A stretch of DNA of 55,878 bases, the filler included, from Platydemus manokwari (lineage: Eukaryota): assembly GCA_037951405.1 (NCBI GenBank). It is 5 parts of 5 records of this genome, joined end to end, with 100 filler letters (N's around TTAATTAATTAA, not from the genome) between each part and the next. Parts side by side here need not be neighbours in the genome. Positions count along the whole stretch, not along the records: positions 21,425 to 31,339 come from JBBMOY011189989.1; positions 31,440 to 40,652 come from JBBMOY011282317.1; 3 more parts are not named here. One strand, 5' to 3'. The notes beneath the pieces were generated by a model that did not search any database, was not told the DNA's origin, and saw only the letters and a program-made list of their open reading frames with translations. The position numbers and the translations under genes were made by a program. Each line of letters opens with the position of its first letter. Positions within the stretch are counted from its first letter, which is position 1. Below are positions 25,723-39,300 of this stretch, piece by piece.

Positions 25723-27792
25723 ATTGATAATTTGTAAAGCGTGTACCGATGATAATAGATTTCAAATCATTTGAATTACTAATATTTTCATTATCACCAT
25801 CACAGAATCATCATAAGTATTGACCACACAATTTCAGAAACTGGCTCTCAAATTCGATGTCATAATGACGAATTTTCCTGTGGTACACTTTTACAATAAC
25901 ATTCTATTCATTACAAAATTAATGTATTAGCTTCATGCAAATATCCAAAACATTGATGTACTTCATACTTCTTTTCGAGTTCATTTAAACAATGATTTCT
26001 TCGAATTAAGTATTTGAAAAGAATGTAATTAAAATCAATTATATTTATTAAAATTATAGTTATAAATTTTAATCTTGACAAAAATTTATTTCGACATTCC
26101 AATAATGATAATTTAAATTAATAAATATTGATTAAATAATATTGACTAAATTAATATTAGACCCAAGCTGTTTAAATCTTTCTATATTTTGCGGTTCTGA
26201 TATTTCCAGCATTGTTCTAATATTAATTTTCCCAATTCTGTTTCATTTTCAAATTCTGTAGATCTATGCCTAATGTAAAAATAAAACTTCAATCTATTAT
26301 AAATGATTACAAAATTTTATTGATGAATAACACACATTTCGGCTATAGCTTGGTCAAAATTATTAAAAGTACTTTAGAAGTAGTTTGATTTAATTATTGA
26401 TTTCATGAACATTTGAAAAGGTTATATTAACACGAAAGGTCGAGATAAATGTTGTTCATCAGCCACTTTATCATGTAACTAAAATCATCTCATCTTTACG
26501 GCAATTTTTCTAAAATATAATCGCAAATTCTGGATACATGTTTCGTTATGTAGAAAAGCGATTCACGAGTGAAGGAAGTTTGATATAACCGAAACTGAGA
26601 TATTAGAAATCTTTAAATTGTATCCACAAAAGATAGATCGACGTACAAAGAGATCAGAAAAGAAACAATTTTTCTGAATACCTCACAAAATCAAAAAGAC
26701 GTTAGAAAAAATCTTACAACTATAAATTAAATGAGAGCGATAGGAAATTAATGTTTAGAGAGACGGGGAAAAGTCGTTGTGTCAGTCAGGTACTGCTTTT
26801 CAAGTAGCAGGGATTGCCAGGAAATACAAAATCTATGAGTGCGTAAGTGTAAAGAAAAATGCTATGGTTGAGGTTTGCTCGTTTAAATTGCATAGAAAAA
26901 AAATGTAATTTACAATTTTCAAGGACTGTCATGTTTTAAATTCGAAATGTAGTCACCATTCAAAGGGACGTTTGAATCTTAATATTCCAGCATAATCCTT
27001 ATAATTAACTAATCGATGCCTTGAGAACAATTTCCTTTGCTCTTAATTAATCTATCTAATTCTTGAGAGATACTTTATATCTCTTCCTTAAAGACTTAAC
27101 TAATGCCTAATATTTTTTGCTTTCCATAATATTAAAACAAGTTTATAGCAATCAGCAGGTCGAATATTAGCGATTTGCATTTGGAATTCATCAGTACATC
27201 AAGATATTTTTCGATAGACAATTGAAAAGTTATAGAAAAATATTAGCATAAAACAAAAAAAGATTTTATGCAGCCCTGTAGAAACCAATTATAATTCATC
27301 TCGGAACTTGAATTAATTAATTAATTAATTAATCTTTCCAAAAAATGATAAAAGAATCCCACAAAAGCAAATGTCTTCTTATTCAATGTTAACGAAAGCT
27401 TTTCGCTACTGAAGGAATTATTTTGGCATTTATAGAACTGGTTGCACAGATTTTACATAAGAAAACGTGTTTAATTTCATAACTTCATAAAAGGTCAAAG
27501 CAACTTTTGACCCTGTTCCGACGACCAAAATAAAATTTTGAATTAAAATTTTCTTAACTTATATTGCACCTTTGTTGACAAAATATTGTTAATAAGATAA
27601 TTTTTAATATTATTATCTGTTCTGCTCGATATAATGGCCAATCAAGATTAACATAAAGATTAACATTATTATTACAATCAAGCTAAAATCGAATTTTAAC
27701 TGGTAAGATTTGATTTAAAATTTTGCTGACATTTCCGTGTCACATATCCAATCAAATATTCTAGAGAATAATTCTTAATAACCATCATTTAC

Positions 27793-28141
27793 CTTGACAT
27801 TTCAATCCTTGTTTAATGAGACCATATAAGAGTCGTCCACAATGATCGCAAAATGTCGGTGACATGTAATTGTAAATTTTAAACTTGTGTGGAACATTAA
27901 TATTGAATCTCTCTTGTAGCATCTGTTGAGAAGTTAATAAATTACCAAAGAAATGACAGAAAATCGAAAACTTTGGTTTCTCGGCTTTCCATTGCACTTC
28001 CGGGACATTTGGCTAATATCTTAACGTGACACTTCTTGTGAACTGCACAATGGCAAACTAAAGACGGTTATTATGATAATCTATCTGATTGTAATTGTAA
28101 TTAACTTACGCTGACATTGATATCCCTGCTTGTTAAGTCCC
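27793..28141 (-). CDS. PRKCD: Novel protein kinase C (delta/theta type), internal C1a-C1b exons: 28110-28141, 27972-28057, 27793-27922
   Basis: Spliced translation [82 protein letters not shown] closely matches PKCdelta/theta C1 domains. GT-AG introns of 52 and 49 nt, phases consistent. Confidence 0.88.
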
Positions 28142-31100
28142 CTTAATAAGAAAGCAAAATCAATTTGATCAACATCAAATAATGAAACAAAATAACACTA
28201 AATACGTTTATCAATGATAAATCGGTTCTTTGATCGATTACTAAATTATAATCATCAAAATAGATAATTAACTTTTACTTAATTTCTAACGCTTTGATTA
28301 GTGGAACTGATCGATGCCAAAAATGGATGATAATTATCTATTAACTGGTCTATGATGCTAGTGTAGAAATGATATATCTAAGGACATACATATTCACATT
28401 GATGTTTTCACAACATTGTTTTCATTTCCACATTATATTTGTCATCATCAATTTGACCTATATCGAATGTCGACCTATCCAGTCAATAGTGATATGAAAT
28501 AATAAATATTCCGTTTAAAGGGAAAATCTCATTAAACAAAAATAATGAAACAATATAATTGATCATAAATTAATTTTTTGGCTTTAAAACAATACAAATA
28601 ACAAACCAGGAAACATGTCGCACAAATCACAAATGATGAATGCTAATTGATTCGAACTCATCATTAAATTTTGAATCTGAAAACGCTGTTTTTATTAATG
28701 GAAATAGTTATTTTTCTTATCTCAAACAAAATTTCATTTATCGATTTATTTTTCAAAACGAATATTTTTTGTAAAACAATCGGTTAGTTGTTAATCCTCC
28801 TTTTATAATATCGACTACAGCTTGTGTTATCAAGGGCATTTGAAAATTTCGAGCAACAAATATTCTTTTCATTGCTACCAAATAGGTTAGCGAGATAAAC
28901 AAAATAGCAAACAAATATAATTGAATAATCCTTCTGTAAAAGCAATTAACTAACGATAAGCTATACTAATATAAGAAAATAAATTCATTATATTTGTCGG
29001 AAAATTTTCAATGAAATGGAAGCGTATACCAAAATATCATATTGAGAAATCTTTTTATCAAAAGTTTTCATGTAAAATAATGTTCCTGGACAAGAATTTT
29101 TATTTCACAATTTATCGTACCTTTTATGTAAGATTTTATTTGTGTCTAAAAAATCAAACATTTCAAATTCTCAAATAATTCAAATGCACAAATATTTCGC
29201 TGATAGAGTAAATCAATAGAGCAATCGAACGATTTCATAGTCACTTATGCTCGTCAGTATCGGATAGAACATAGAACCCACCATTTTATAATTCGCTCAT
29301 TGATGGAATATACACACACTGTTATTTAAGCCTTACTCTTGCTTAAAACTATGGCTTGGATAAATTATCTGATTGGATTTGTGATTTCATATTGCTATAA
29401 TTTTCACAATGCCGAATGGATATTTTTCGATCTTTTAACGATTAATAAAAAAATAGAACAATTACTCGATTAGAATCCTACCTTGAAATGAAACTTCATA
29501 AACTACATTCGTTAAAATGGGAAAAACATAAGCAACTCTCGAATAATTCTCTATGAAAGTGAAAGATCGGAATGTTTCGTTGACCTCAAAATGATTTCTA
29601 TAATTCGAATATGATATTGTAGATATTTTTCTAAACGATGACAATAATTTCCCATTCATTTTTCTTTAATTTTAGTTACAATAGGACTTAAAATATTAGC
29701 ATAAATCTCTATATTCATTTTAAATAATATTAAAATTATATGTGTTTATATTTTATATTTAAAAATTAATTAATAATTACTAATCGATTTTAAATTTCTT
29801 AAAATAATATTTACAATTCTAAATTCTCATTGAAACTTCTCTGTCTTCTCTAAAGCAAGGCGTGTCAAATTATCATCAGGTATGGTACGTACCGTTTATC
29901 ACATTAATAATACCACTATGAAACACAAGTTGCAATACAGAAGAAGTCAATAAGAAATTCTGGGATTATCTATTTCGATGCATTAATTAAATCAACTAAC
30001 TATTGCCATTTCTAGTAATAATTTTGGTTTAAATACAATGTTACTCTGATGAAATGTTAACTGGATTACATTCGGTCGATTGATAGACGTAGGAAATACA
30101 TTTATATAAATATTTTTTTAATTTATAATTTTATAATGTTTTATTTAATTATAATAATTCTTATTCTGATATTATAAATTGTTAAAAAAATTATTTTTCG
30201 AAGCTTCATTGATTTTCCTTCCACTTCACACTAAATCAGTCCAGATGATAAAATAAATGAAATGGCGATAAGAAGATAAAAGGCAAGCATTATGAGTTGG
30301 AAAATTTGGTGGAGTATTCCAGTTAATAATCAATTTGGGGATTATTGCCTCTTAGGATGGAATAAATATTAAACAAATAATCATTCAATATTAAAATTTT
30401 AAAAAATATTGTTGATACAATTATTTATATCCGTGTTCTACACAACACTACAAACTTCTTATCGATATCAGCTTAAAGAACTTAAATCGTAAAACTTAAT
30501 AAAAGCTCTCAAATAACTCAAATGGTAAAAACAGAAGAAAAGCAAATATATTTGAAGGAAACATTAAAGTGTGTAAAACATATAAAATCATTTATGCTTA
30601 TGATTCAAATCTTATTATAAATTTCTGGCTACATCAACAAGCAAAATTAATGAGAACTTTCAATTAAATCTAACTAGACTCTCAAGTGAATTTTAAGATA
30701 TTATATTCTTAAATTTATTGAGACACTCGAATAATAAAGCAACTTCTTCGAGTTGTTATTAAAAATGTTGATTATGAAATTTGAGTCAGGTGTGCGAATC
30801 AGAAGTGATTATTTAATATCGTAGAAAAAACATGTTGATATACGCGTTTATCCTTTGATATGATTGATATATTCACATAAGAAACGGCATTATATCTTTT
30901 TGTATACAATATACTTCGGGGATTCGTTCGAAGAAAATTATGTTTCAAAGATGAACCAGGAATTTTTCTAACTCACATACTATATCATTGTTGTCATATA
31001 AATTATGGTAATTTTTTAAATTTATCTAGATGAAAATGTTATGAAATCAAAATGTTATAGAATTATGGCAAGAGAATTGTGAAGATATGATGATTACAAT

Positions 31101-31339
31101 ACAAAATTGAATTACAACATACTCTCATAATCAATAATTAAGTGATGGAATTATTAAATTGTGGATTCAAAGTTCTATCCAACACTGATGAGTAGAAAGA
31201 ACTAAATAATCATCAAATTGATCAATGTACAACCTATATGAACTGGTAAAAGTTTAACCCATTGGTTCTCAATCATTGTTCAGAAGGATCTCATGTAAGA
31301 GTTTTTCTTCACCGTGTACCGAGTGACAAAACAAAGAAC

Positions 31340-31439
31340 NNNNNNNNNNNNNNNNNNNNNNNNNNNNNNNNNNNNNNNNNNNNTTAATTAATTAANNNNN
31401 NNNNNNNNNNNNNNNNNNNNNNNNNNNNNNNNNNNNNNN
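31340..31439. other. Artificial contig spacer N44-TTAATTAATTAA-N44
   Basis: Same 100-bp structure; core at 31384-31395. Confidence 0.97.
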
Positions 31440-32318
31440 TACAAGATTTTCTTTAATAAACACTCAATTGTTCTAAAAAAATTCCGGTTTTTAAGTTATA
31501 GACCCAATAATTGTAACTAAATGCATAATTTTGTTTCATATCTTTTGAGTTCGATTTCAATGAGTAACTGTTTACATGGGATATGTGGAAAAATCGATCG
31601 AAAATACCTACTGGAACCATGGGAACAACTTTCAAATGAGTAATAAGCACAAATGTACTAATATCCAATCATATGAATCCAAATTAATAAAAACTTTATA
31701 TTTCGATTGTAAATTGGCCTACACTTATACTGGCCAATGAACATCTAGATACCCTAATAACATAGAAAGAATTTTTGAAAATAGGCAAGTCTTAAAATGG
31801 TTCTAAAGAATGAAAAGTAAACTTTCAAGTGCTAAACCCATTGTGATTTGACTTATAGCTTTAATTTTTCAGAGTAACTGTGATTTATGATTTATGAGTA
31901 TCTTGTGTTGACAATCTTGTTAAATGCCTAAGAACTGTTATTTGACAAGCATTTTTTTGGATATTCAGTTTTACTATTTCTCATAACCGTAATATTTATA
32001 TTTCTGTTGCTGTTTTTATTTTTTTTATTAATGATATTGTGATAATGGTTATTTTGAGACAATAATGGCGCTCTGCTAAATGTACCACTGAAAGTCCACA
32101 CGTAAAGATTTTAACACTCACCACTATCAAATAAAACCCGTAATCTATCATGTAATAATATAGCAAACTAAGACGTATATAATGAAATTTATTATTTCCC
32201 TCTACTTACATTCGAAGTCTTGTTATAATATCATATTGATTTCCAGAACATTAAGTTCATTAGTCACATTTACTTGGTAGCAGTTATTATATTGGAATGT
32301 ATTTTCATTTTGAGATTA

Positions 32319-32319
<1 letters not shown>

Positions 32320-32352
<33 letters not shown>
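32320..32352 (+). repeat. (ATT)n microsatellite
   Basis: attattattattattattattattattattatt run. Confidence 0.9.
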
Positions 32353-32599
32353 GTGTAATTGTTGTTCTAATTTGCAGATATTGTTAGCTTAAACGAAAGT
32401 AAGATGAACTCTTTAATATTCACTCAATATCAATAAACTCTGAATTTTTTATTATTTTATTTCAGTGTATACTCGACCAGGTTATAAAGATAGAGGGTTA
32501 AATAACTCATTAAAATTGCTTTATGTTACTTTTCTCATTGTAAATTTCTATGCAAAAGCATACCCCAAATAATGGCCAGGTCAATGAAAATAGCTAATA

Positions 32600-32725
32600 A
32601 CAATAATCATTATTATCATTATTATTAATATTAATATCACTATCATCATCATTATTATTATTATTAATATCATTATCATCATTATTATTATTATTCTTTA
32701 GTAGTAGTAGTAGTAACAGTAGTAG
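32600..32725 (+). repeat. Compound (ATT/ATC)n then (TAG)n microsatellite
   Basis: atcattattatcattatt, atcatcatcattattatt, then tagtagtagtagtag. Confidence 0.8.
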
Positions 32726-33456
32726 AAACATATAATTTCGGTTATTTTAATGGAATATAATCATGAAAAAATATTTTAAAATTAAAATAAATTATTTTGT
32801 CTTGATAATGAAATTTTTTGCGGTTGATTTCTCTTTTTTACATTGTTTTGTTAATTATTTTTTCTATCAAATTTATATCATATTATAAACAAAAATTCAA
32901 ATAGAGTTTATTTTTGTTGTCATACCAACAACATAATTTTTTTATTCTCTGATTTATAACATTAGATAGGACTTCATTTTATGATAATTAACAAATGAAT
33001 ATATTTCTTTATCTATTTTGCATGATGAACATCAACTATTAGTCACAATCAAACAACATTAATAAATATATATTTTGTTTTAATTATCGCTATTATTATT
33101 AATTTTCCTAATATTAATAATATAGTTCTTATTGTCGTTATTATTGCATACTTGTTTCAATACTGCTGGTCTGTTATTATTTTTTATTTTTGTTTTTTAT
33201 TATTATTGCTATAAAAATTATTGCTAGATATGTGTGACATTCATATGTCTGATGGTCGTGAAAATGAAATATATAACATTATCTTGGAGATCTTATCTGG
33301 ATCTACAAAACATTACTATCAATGAACTTTTCACAATACTATCCCAAATATTTGATCAGCCACATCGTCACAAACCAGAAAATAATATCGTTTACTAAAA
33401 TTTGAATCTTCATAATATAATCTTTAAAATTTTTGCGTTATGCTGATAATCTATTC

Positions 33457-33561
33457 CAGGGCTGGCCAACCGGTCGATCTTGAAGCCAATTTTAGTCGGT
33501 CGCGTGCGATGTTATTCAAATGAAAAGTCGATCTTACGTACACAAAAGTTGGCCACCTCTG
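33457..33561. mobile_element. hAT-superfamily MITE (105 bp) with 8-bp target site duplication
   Basis: TIRs CAGGGCTGGCCAAC and GTTGGCCACCTCTG (12/14 match). Perfect TSD ATCTATTC at 33449-33456 and 33562-33569. An 8-bp TSD with CAGGG termini is typical of hAT elements. Confidence 0.92.
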
Positions 33562-34544
33562 ATCTATTCAACTAAATTTTCGTATACATAGTTATTAAAG
33601 GAATTTACGAGATTGAGAAATTAAAGTTCATATTCATCAGTAATTTTAAAACAGGAATAATAATCACTGATATTTTAAGATTCATCTCAAATGAGTCATT
33701 CGTTCCAATGAATAGTTAAATTAAGCCGAATTGAAAGGGTAAATGAGAAACCGATCAATTCAATCTGAGAAACGTAATGAGTCGTGTAAATTACTAATTA
33801 GACTAGATCAATATATTCGGATGACATTTTAAAACTATTTTCCTAAAGAAATTATGACTCCTCGTAATGTTGGGAGAGAAAAATTTTGTTTTAATCGTTA
33901 TTAATTAGGCCGATTTACGAATGTTACCAGTCAATCAGTTATGATGTACATCATAATAATTTGACTTAATAATGATAATTAGTGGTAATAAAATAATAAT
34001 TATATTAACATGCAATTATTTCTTTTATTTGGACTTTCTAGAACAATTAAATTTCCATGTCGTGACGTGATTGTTTTCAAATTTTTTGTCTTTTTTTCTT
34101 TGGCCGCATTTTTTATCAGAAACCTTGTATGTCACAAACCAGTACCAAAATTTCGACTATAACATTAATGTAGTCCATTATAAATGATATATACAGACAG
34201 ATGAGAAGCATCCGTGTTAACAACCAATCAGAACACTACAAATTAAAGATTGGTGATTGGATCTCCATCCTTGATAAATGCACACATACAAAGCGCACAA
34301 ACATTTCATTATACCAAGTAATCATTAATCAAAATCCTTAAGTTAATGTGTAAAATATTTTTGGTCAACATATATTGTGTCTATTAAATGAAAATAGATT
34401 ATTATTTTGTAATATTTCACCCTTAAGTTCAGATCTCGTTTTTGATTTTTCTGACATAAATTGTTTTCTTAAGCATTGCGTAAAATCTAAGCAATCTTAC
34501 TTTAAAATGCAGGGATTTTAAATTTTCTGCCATTATTTCTATGA

Positions 34545-35930
34545 GTAGCTTCTCTTTTTGAGTCCAAAAATATTAACCTAGCATATTTGGATTCTACTTC
34601 CCATGCCTAAATTGTCCTTGGAGTTCTGCTAACTAAGCTTGTCACTCCCGGCTTCAAGATTTTCTATTGAAGAAATCAAGGTGTGAATTTAATAAATAAT
34701 TTTTTAGTGTAATATATTGCTTCCATGGTTTTATAGGTTCATTTTCAGCTTTCTTGTTTCCTAACATATTCCTATAAACACTTTTGAAGATTTTTCATTC
34801 AGTTAATTTAAATTTTGAAGAGAGATCTTGTTTCCTAATCAATTATGTAATTTAAGAACTCACAAAAATCCTTCTTAAGATTTCTTTCATTATATTAGGA
34901 AATTTCTTTTTCAAATAATAAAACCAAGTTTTTCTAATTTAATACGAAGCGGTGGTAAATATATTTTTTATGAATCTGCAAATAAAAAGTGAATTACTTC
35001 TAACTCTACAAGATTTAAGAATTTCTTTAGAACAGATCCTTTACAATGTAATAATATTCTCTATATTTCTAAAGCCACTCTTGCAAATTTAACAAAAGAA
35101 TTTTGAAGAATCAAGTTGCCAATCAAGTTAAAGGACAGTGACTCTCGAATTATCACAATTGCTCCATTTATTATTTTTATACTTAATTTTATCTAAGAGA
35201 AGTTACATATTGTCATGCTTAAGATTCATGTTTGTAGTATGATTCAAAGAAACTTTATTACAGAAAACAATACCATCTTCAAATGAAAAAAGTTCTTTGA
35301 AATCATCGTATCTGTTTCTAACATTTTTGAACAGAATCCATTCGTTGAATCTCAAACCCATTAATTCTTAGGGGCTATGTGAAAAGTTTTAAATCATTGA
35401 GATCAACTTGTGAAAGTAAATGTGGTTTTAAATGTAAGAATGGATGCATTTTATCTGCAGATAATCGCCTACATCACACGGGTAATTGAGTTATTCATTA
35501 TGGTAATCATCGTCTCTGAACACAATGTTTAGATAAAAATGTATAACTGGTTAATATTTACTATGGTGCACTGGCCTCATACTTGGTGGTTGGTTTAATA
35601 AATCTACCTATATTTTGGATTTCGAGTTTACTCCATATATGTTTCTCTCACAAAAATAACAGTCTGAAGAATGATCTTTAAGCTTTCTTCAAATCATAGG
35701 GGGCACAGAATTTATTTTCAGTGCATCAGCTGACTATACAATGAAAAATCTGGAACATGCTGCACAACCCATATGAGCAATGCAAATTTTGTCTTAGCCT
35801 CCGGTTTGTATCCAAAGTATGGTTCGTGGCGATTCCTAATAAGAAGCATAGCATTTTTTTGAGATCTGGGCAGTTTAAGAAGAAGTCTAAAATTCAAACT
35901 AATATGAAAATACATCATCTGATCGCTATA
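34545..35930 (-). mobile_element. Near full-length dead Chapaev-3-type (CMC) DNA transposase
   Basis: Collinear motifs across many stops and frameshifts: YFGYKP, G*DK, H..CAAC; PMI*RKLKDHSSDCYFC; PPSMRPVHH; ELMGLRFNEW; FSFEDGIVFCN; HDNM*LLLDKIKY; KIYLPPLRIKL; MLGNKKAEN; LNSHLDFF, ENLEAGSD; PNMLG*YFWT. These match the family consensus PMIWREP..H..DCYFC, LPPLHIKLGL, SHLDFFP.NLGAVSDE and MLADYCW. Confidence 0.8.
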
Positions 35931-36076
35931 AATAAGCAAATCCTATTTATTATTATTTTATTCACTCAAATATATAGTCAATATTTTATTAACCTGTCTT
36001 GGACAACCCTGCATTATAATGTTTTAAAATCATTATTTCTATTATTATAAATGATTTGATATTCCTATCTTTCAAG

Positions 36077-36365
36077 ACTAAAAACAACAATATTTTTCAA
36101 AATTGCGGATCTTATTCCAATTCGGATAACGATGATCTTCAATTATTATTTACTTGTTCTCCAAATAAACCCAACAATGAATACCGATTGCAAGTGACAA
36201 TTTATTCTTGGGTCATTTCGAATCCAAATTTCAGTAATAAACAGCCAGTTTATTTTATCCGTGAGTTTTGTTATTTATTTATTTTAGAATAATTATTACA
36301 ATATTTCCCTTCACCAATAATATTGTACAGAAAACACATTGGTATTTGATCATTTATCAAATTAA
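36077..36365 (+). CDS. Candidate terminal exons of an unidentified gene (36077-36260, 36331-36365)
   Basis: Acceptor ttcaag, open frame TKNNNIFQNCGSYSNSDNDDLQLLFTCSPNKPNNEYRLQVTIYSWVISNPNFSNKQPVYFI, donor c|gtgagt, 70-nt intron, acceptor tacag, then QNTLVFDHLSN*. No recognisable domain. Confidence 0.3.
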
Positions 36366-39300
36366 AAATTCACTTAACATTGAAAATGCCAACCCAGAAC
36401 GATGACGAATTACATGCATTTTTAATTTAAAATTGGTTTTATTGATACAACTATATTTTCGTTCAAATTTATATCGATTATTAACATTAGATCAAATTAA
36501 TTATAAATTTATTGAAAACTACTTCAATTTTAATGTTGTTTCTAAATTTTTTCAAATGATAAAAATCATTTATAGCAAATAAATAATAAAATGAATTCTT
36601 CATCAATTATCCATCCATTTTTTTTTCCTTGTCTCAACAAACCTATTACATCAAATAGTGGAAAATCTAATAGATAAAAACTAATAGTATCGCTTAATAA
36701 TTCATCAAGCACCTGTTATTATCTAGAATAAATGTCTTTATAATCCCTACTAACAAAAACAAAGTCATTCGCACTGAATGTTGTTTTGATGTTTTGCTTT
36801 TGTCTGTTTTCAAGTCTTCCACCGACAATCAAAATTAATTATATTATTATTAATCACTTTGCACGATCTCGTTAAGAGATCTCTAAATATATTTCTCGGT
36901 GAGATTAATTTCTTTTCTATTGAATTTTTTATAAATGAAAATTATTTAGAACACTTATTTTTCCAATCATATTTTATTGGTGAATATTTTTATTGTTAAA
37001 ATCTTTTCCGTTTCTGTTAAATAAACTCAAGATTTAGATGTGGACTAATATGATTTGCGGGATATTTAGAAGTGGTGAATCATCTTGTGTTAGATCAATG
37101 ACAACGGATAGGAACTGATGGATAATTTAATAGAATCTATTACAGTGACGAAAACCAAATAAAAATAGCAATGATTATAACTGATTTAATCTAATCTCGT
37201 TTTTAATGTGATCCATATAATATTGAAAATTCGTCTCAGATTTTGTATGGGAATTTTGCCTCCGGTTTTATAGCATATGGCACCATTATTAGGAACATAT
37301 CATCTAATTATTTTATAAACCAATTTTCAATACGTCAACCTCTAGTGACGAAATTATCGTGAGAAAGACATTTATATGCTTTGACTACCTTTATATACAC
37401 AAAAACATTCTAGTAATTCACAATAAACATTTATATTTGAGGTTTTCATGTTTCAACATTCAATGTAATATTGGAAACAAATTTTTAATCAATAAAATAA
37501 ACAAGTAGCACCATTGTTGGGAGATAAAACAATCATTCAAAATAAAATGGCTTCAAAAATGGAAAATCATTATTATTTATTGATTTAAAATAATTTATAA
37601 TTTCGAATATAAGCTGCAGCATGTATTAATTAAGCCAATGAGAATTTTTCTGTAATAAAAACATAATGGGTTTGTTTAAATTTCTGCAATATGATTTTTT
37701 AATTTTTAAACTCATTAAAAATAGCTAATAGTAGTGAATCAAAAAACAAAATGAACTGCGATAATTTTCAATACAATAAATAAAAAAGAAAATATTGAAG
37801 TGACTCATCTATTAGATAGCACGTGGTATCTAGGTAGCTCACCCGTATGATAACAACTAAACTGTGATTCTACATTAGACTCTATATAACAAAAATCTGT
37901 TATCAAACCAATCGGTTTGAATCAAAGAGCGTGGTGTGGTGATACCAACTAATATCCGGAATAGGAATCGAAATTACACGAATGAGTGCTAATGCGACGT
38001 GGACGCATTAGTTGCGTCTCAAAAATGACACATTTATACACACAAAATGTGCAGCTTATATTCTGGATTTTACAGTATTATATAATATGTACCATATATA
38101 ACGATCTCATGTTTATGTTCCGATAATTACTAAAGTATAAGATATTTGAATCCGAATTTGACGAATCAATGCATAATTTTATAAAGGCACATGTTTTTAT
38201 ATTTATTTTTTATATTTAAATCAAAAGACATGATTTCACCCAACAAATAATATGTATTTATAGAACATCCATTTTAAACAAATTATAAAATACTAAAATT
38301 GTTTTCAACCTTCTTTTTTCTAAAAAATAAAATGCTCACATTTTTATTTTTAAATCTTTATTTTTTAAATAAAATTATTTTTACTAATTTTATATTTTTT
38401 ATAAAAAATTGAAAGATTCACAGTACTGTTTTGAGCAAGACCATTTTATAAATATTTTTAATATAATTATTTAAAATTGTTTTTAAATTTATAATTTTAA
38501 TTTTATCTAAATTTAAATTATTTATGGTATTCTTAAATAAACCTCACAGCATTTATAAGAAATTCGCATGCTAGCATATGGTGGCTTCATCGATGAATTC
38601 CCATATTGAACTGTGTGTTTCGACATCTTGTATTTTATTATGTTAGTTTATAAGATGTGTTAAATTAATTGAAACCATATATAAGTGACATCGTATTTGT
38701 GAGAATTTTTAATTGATTTAAAATTTTTAAGATTTGATTCAAATTTATTTTAATTTGTTTATCAGTTCATTTTCAAAGCTTGTTCTATTAATTAATGGCG
38801 GCTTACAATATTAACGAAACATTAACTATATTTTATAGGGTTACTTTATCACAGTTATAGATCTTATCAGTATTATATATTACCAATTAGAATCTATTAT
38901 AAGGTTTACCAAATACTGATTAAATCATAACTATGCTCGTGTAACTTTCGTTTTTATAATCGTAATTATTTAATCGTTCTTCAATTGCATCAAATGACAT
39001 AGAAAATGATAGAGGCGTCTCTGTCAATCGGGAACATCTCTGATTCTTTAGCAGATATCGAATTTATTAACTTACATCTTTCACAATGCCGCCGTTCATC
39101 TTTGAAAATTAATTGAATCAATACAATGTTCATTATTGTCTAATTAATTTCCCTTTCTCTGCGAAAACAAAATCAGTCAAATGTTTAAAAGCCTTAGTAA
39201 AGTCTAGCTTAAATTGAATTTCTGTTTGTGAAGCAAATACTGTTCTTGTTTTAGAAATTAATTCGAAAAACAATCCAGTAATAAACTCTTTCGAAATCAT

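Noticed and set aside
27311-27333. Natural (TTAA)n run matching the linker core
   Set aside because: No flanking Ns; a simple tetranucleotide repeat.
32379-34320. Several short plus-strand segments with AG/GT borders as upstream exons of the 36077 candidate gene
   Set aside because: I could not build a consistent phase chain or recognise a protein; needs transcript evidence.
38558-38610. EIRMLAYGGFIDE resembling a PIF/Harbinger transposase motif
   Set aside because: Only about 7 matching residues, bounded by stops, with no other Harbinger motif nearby.
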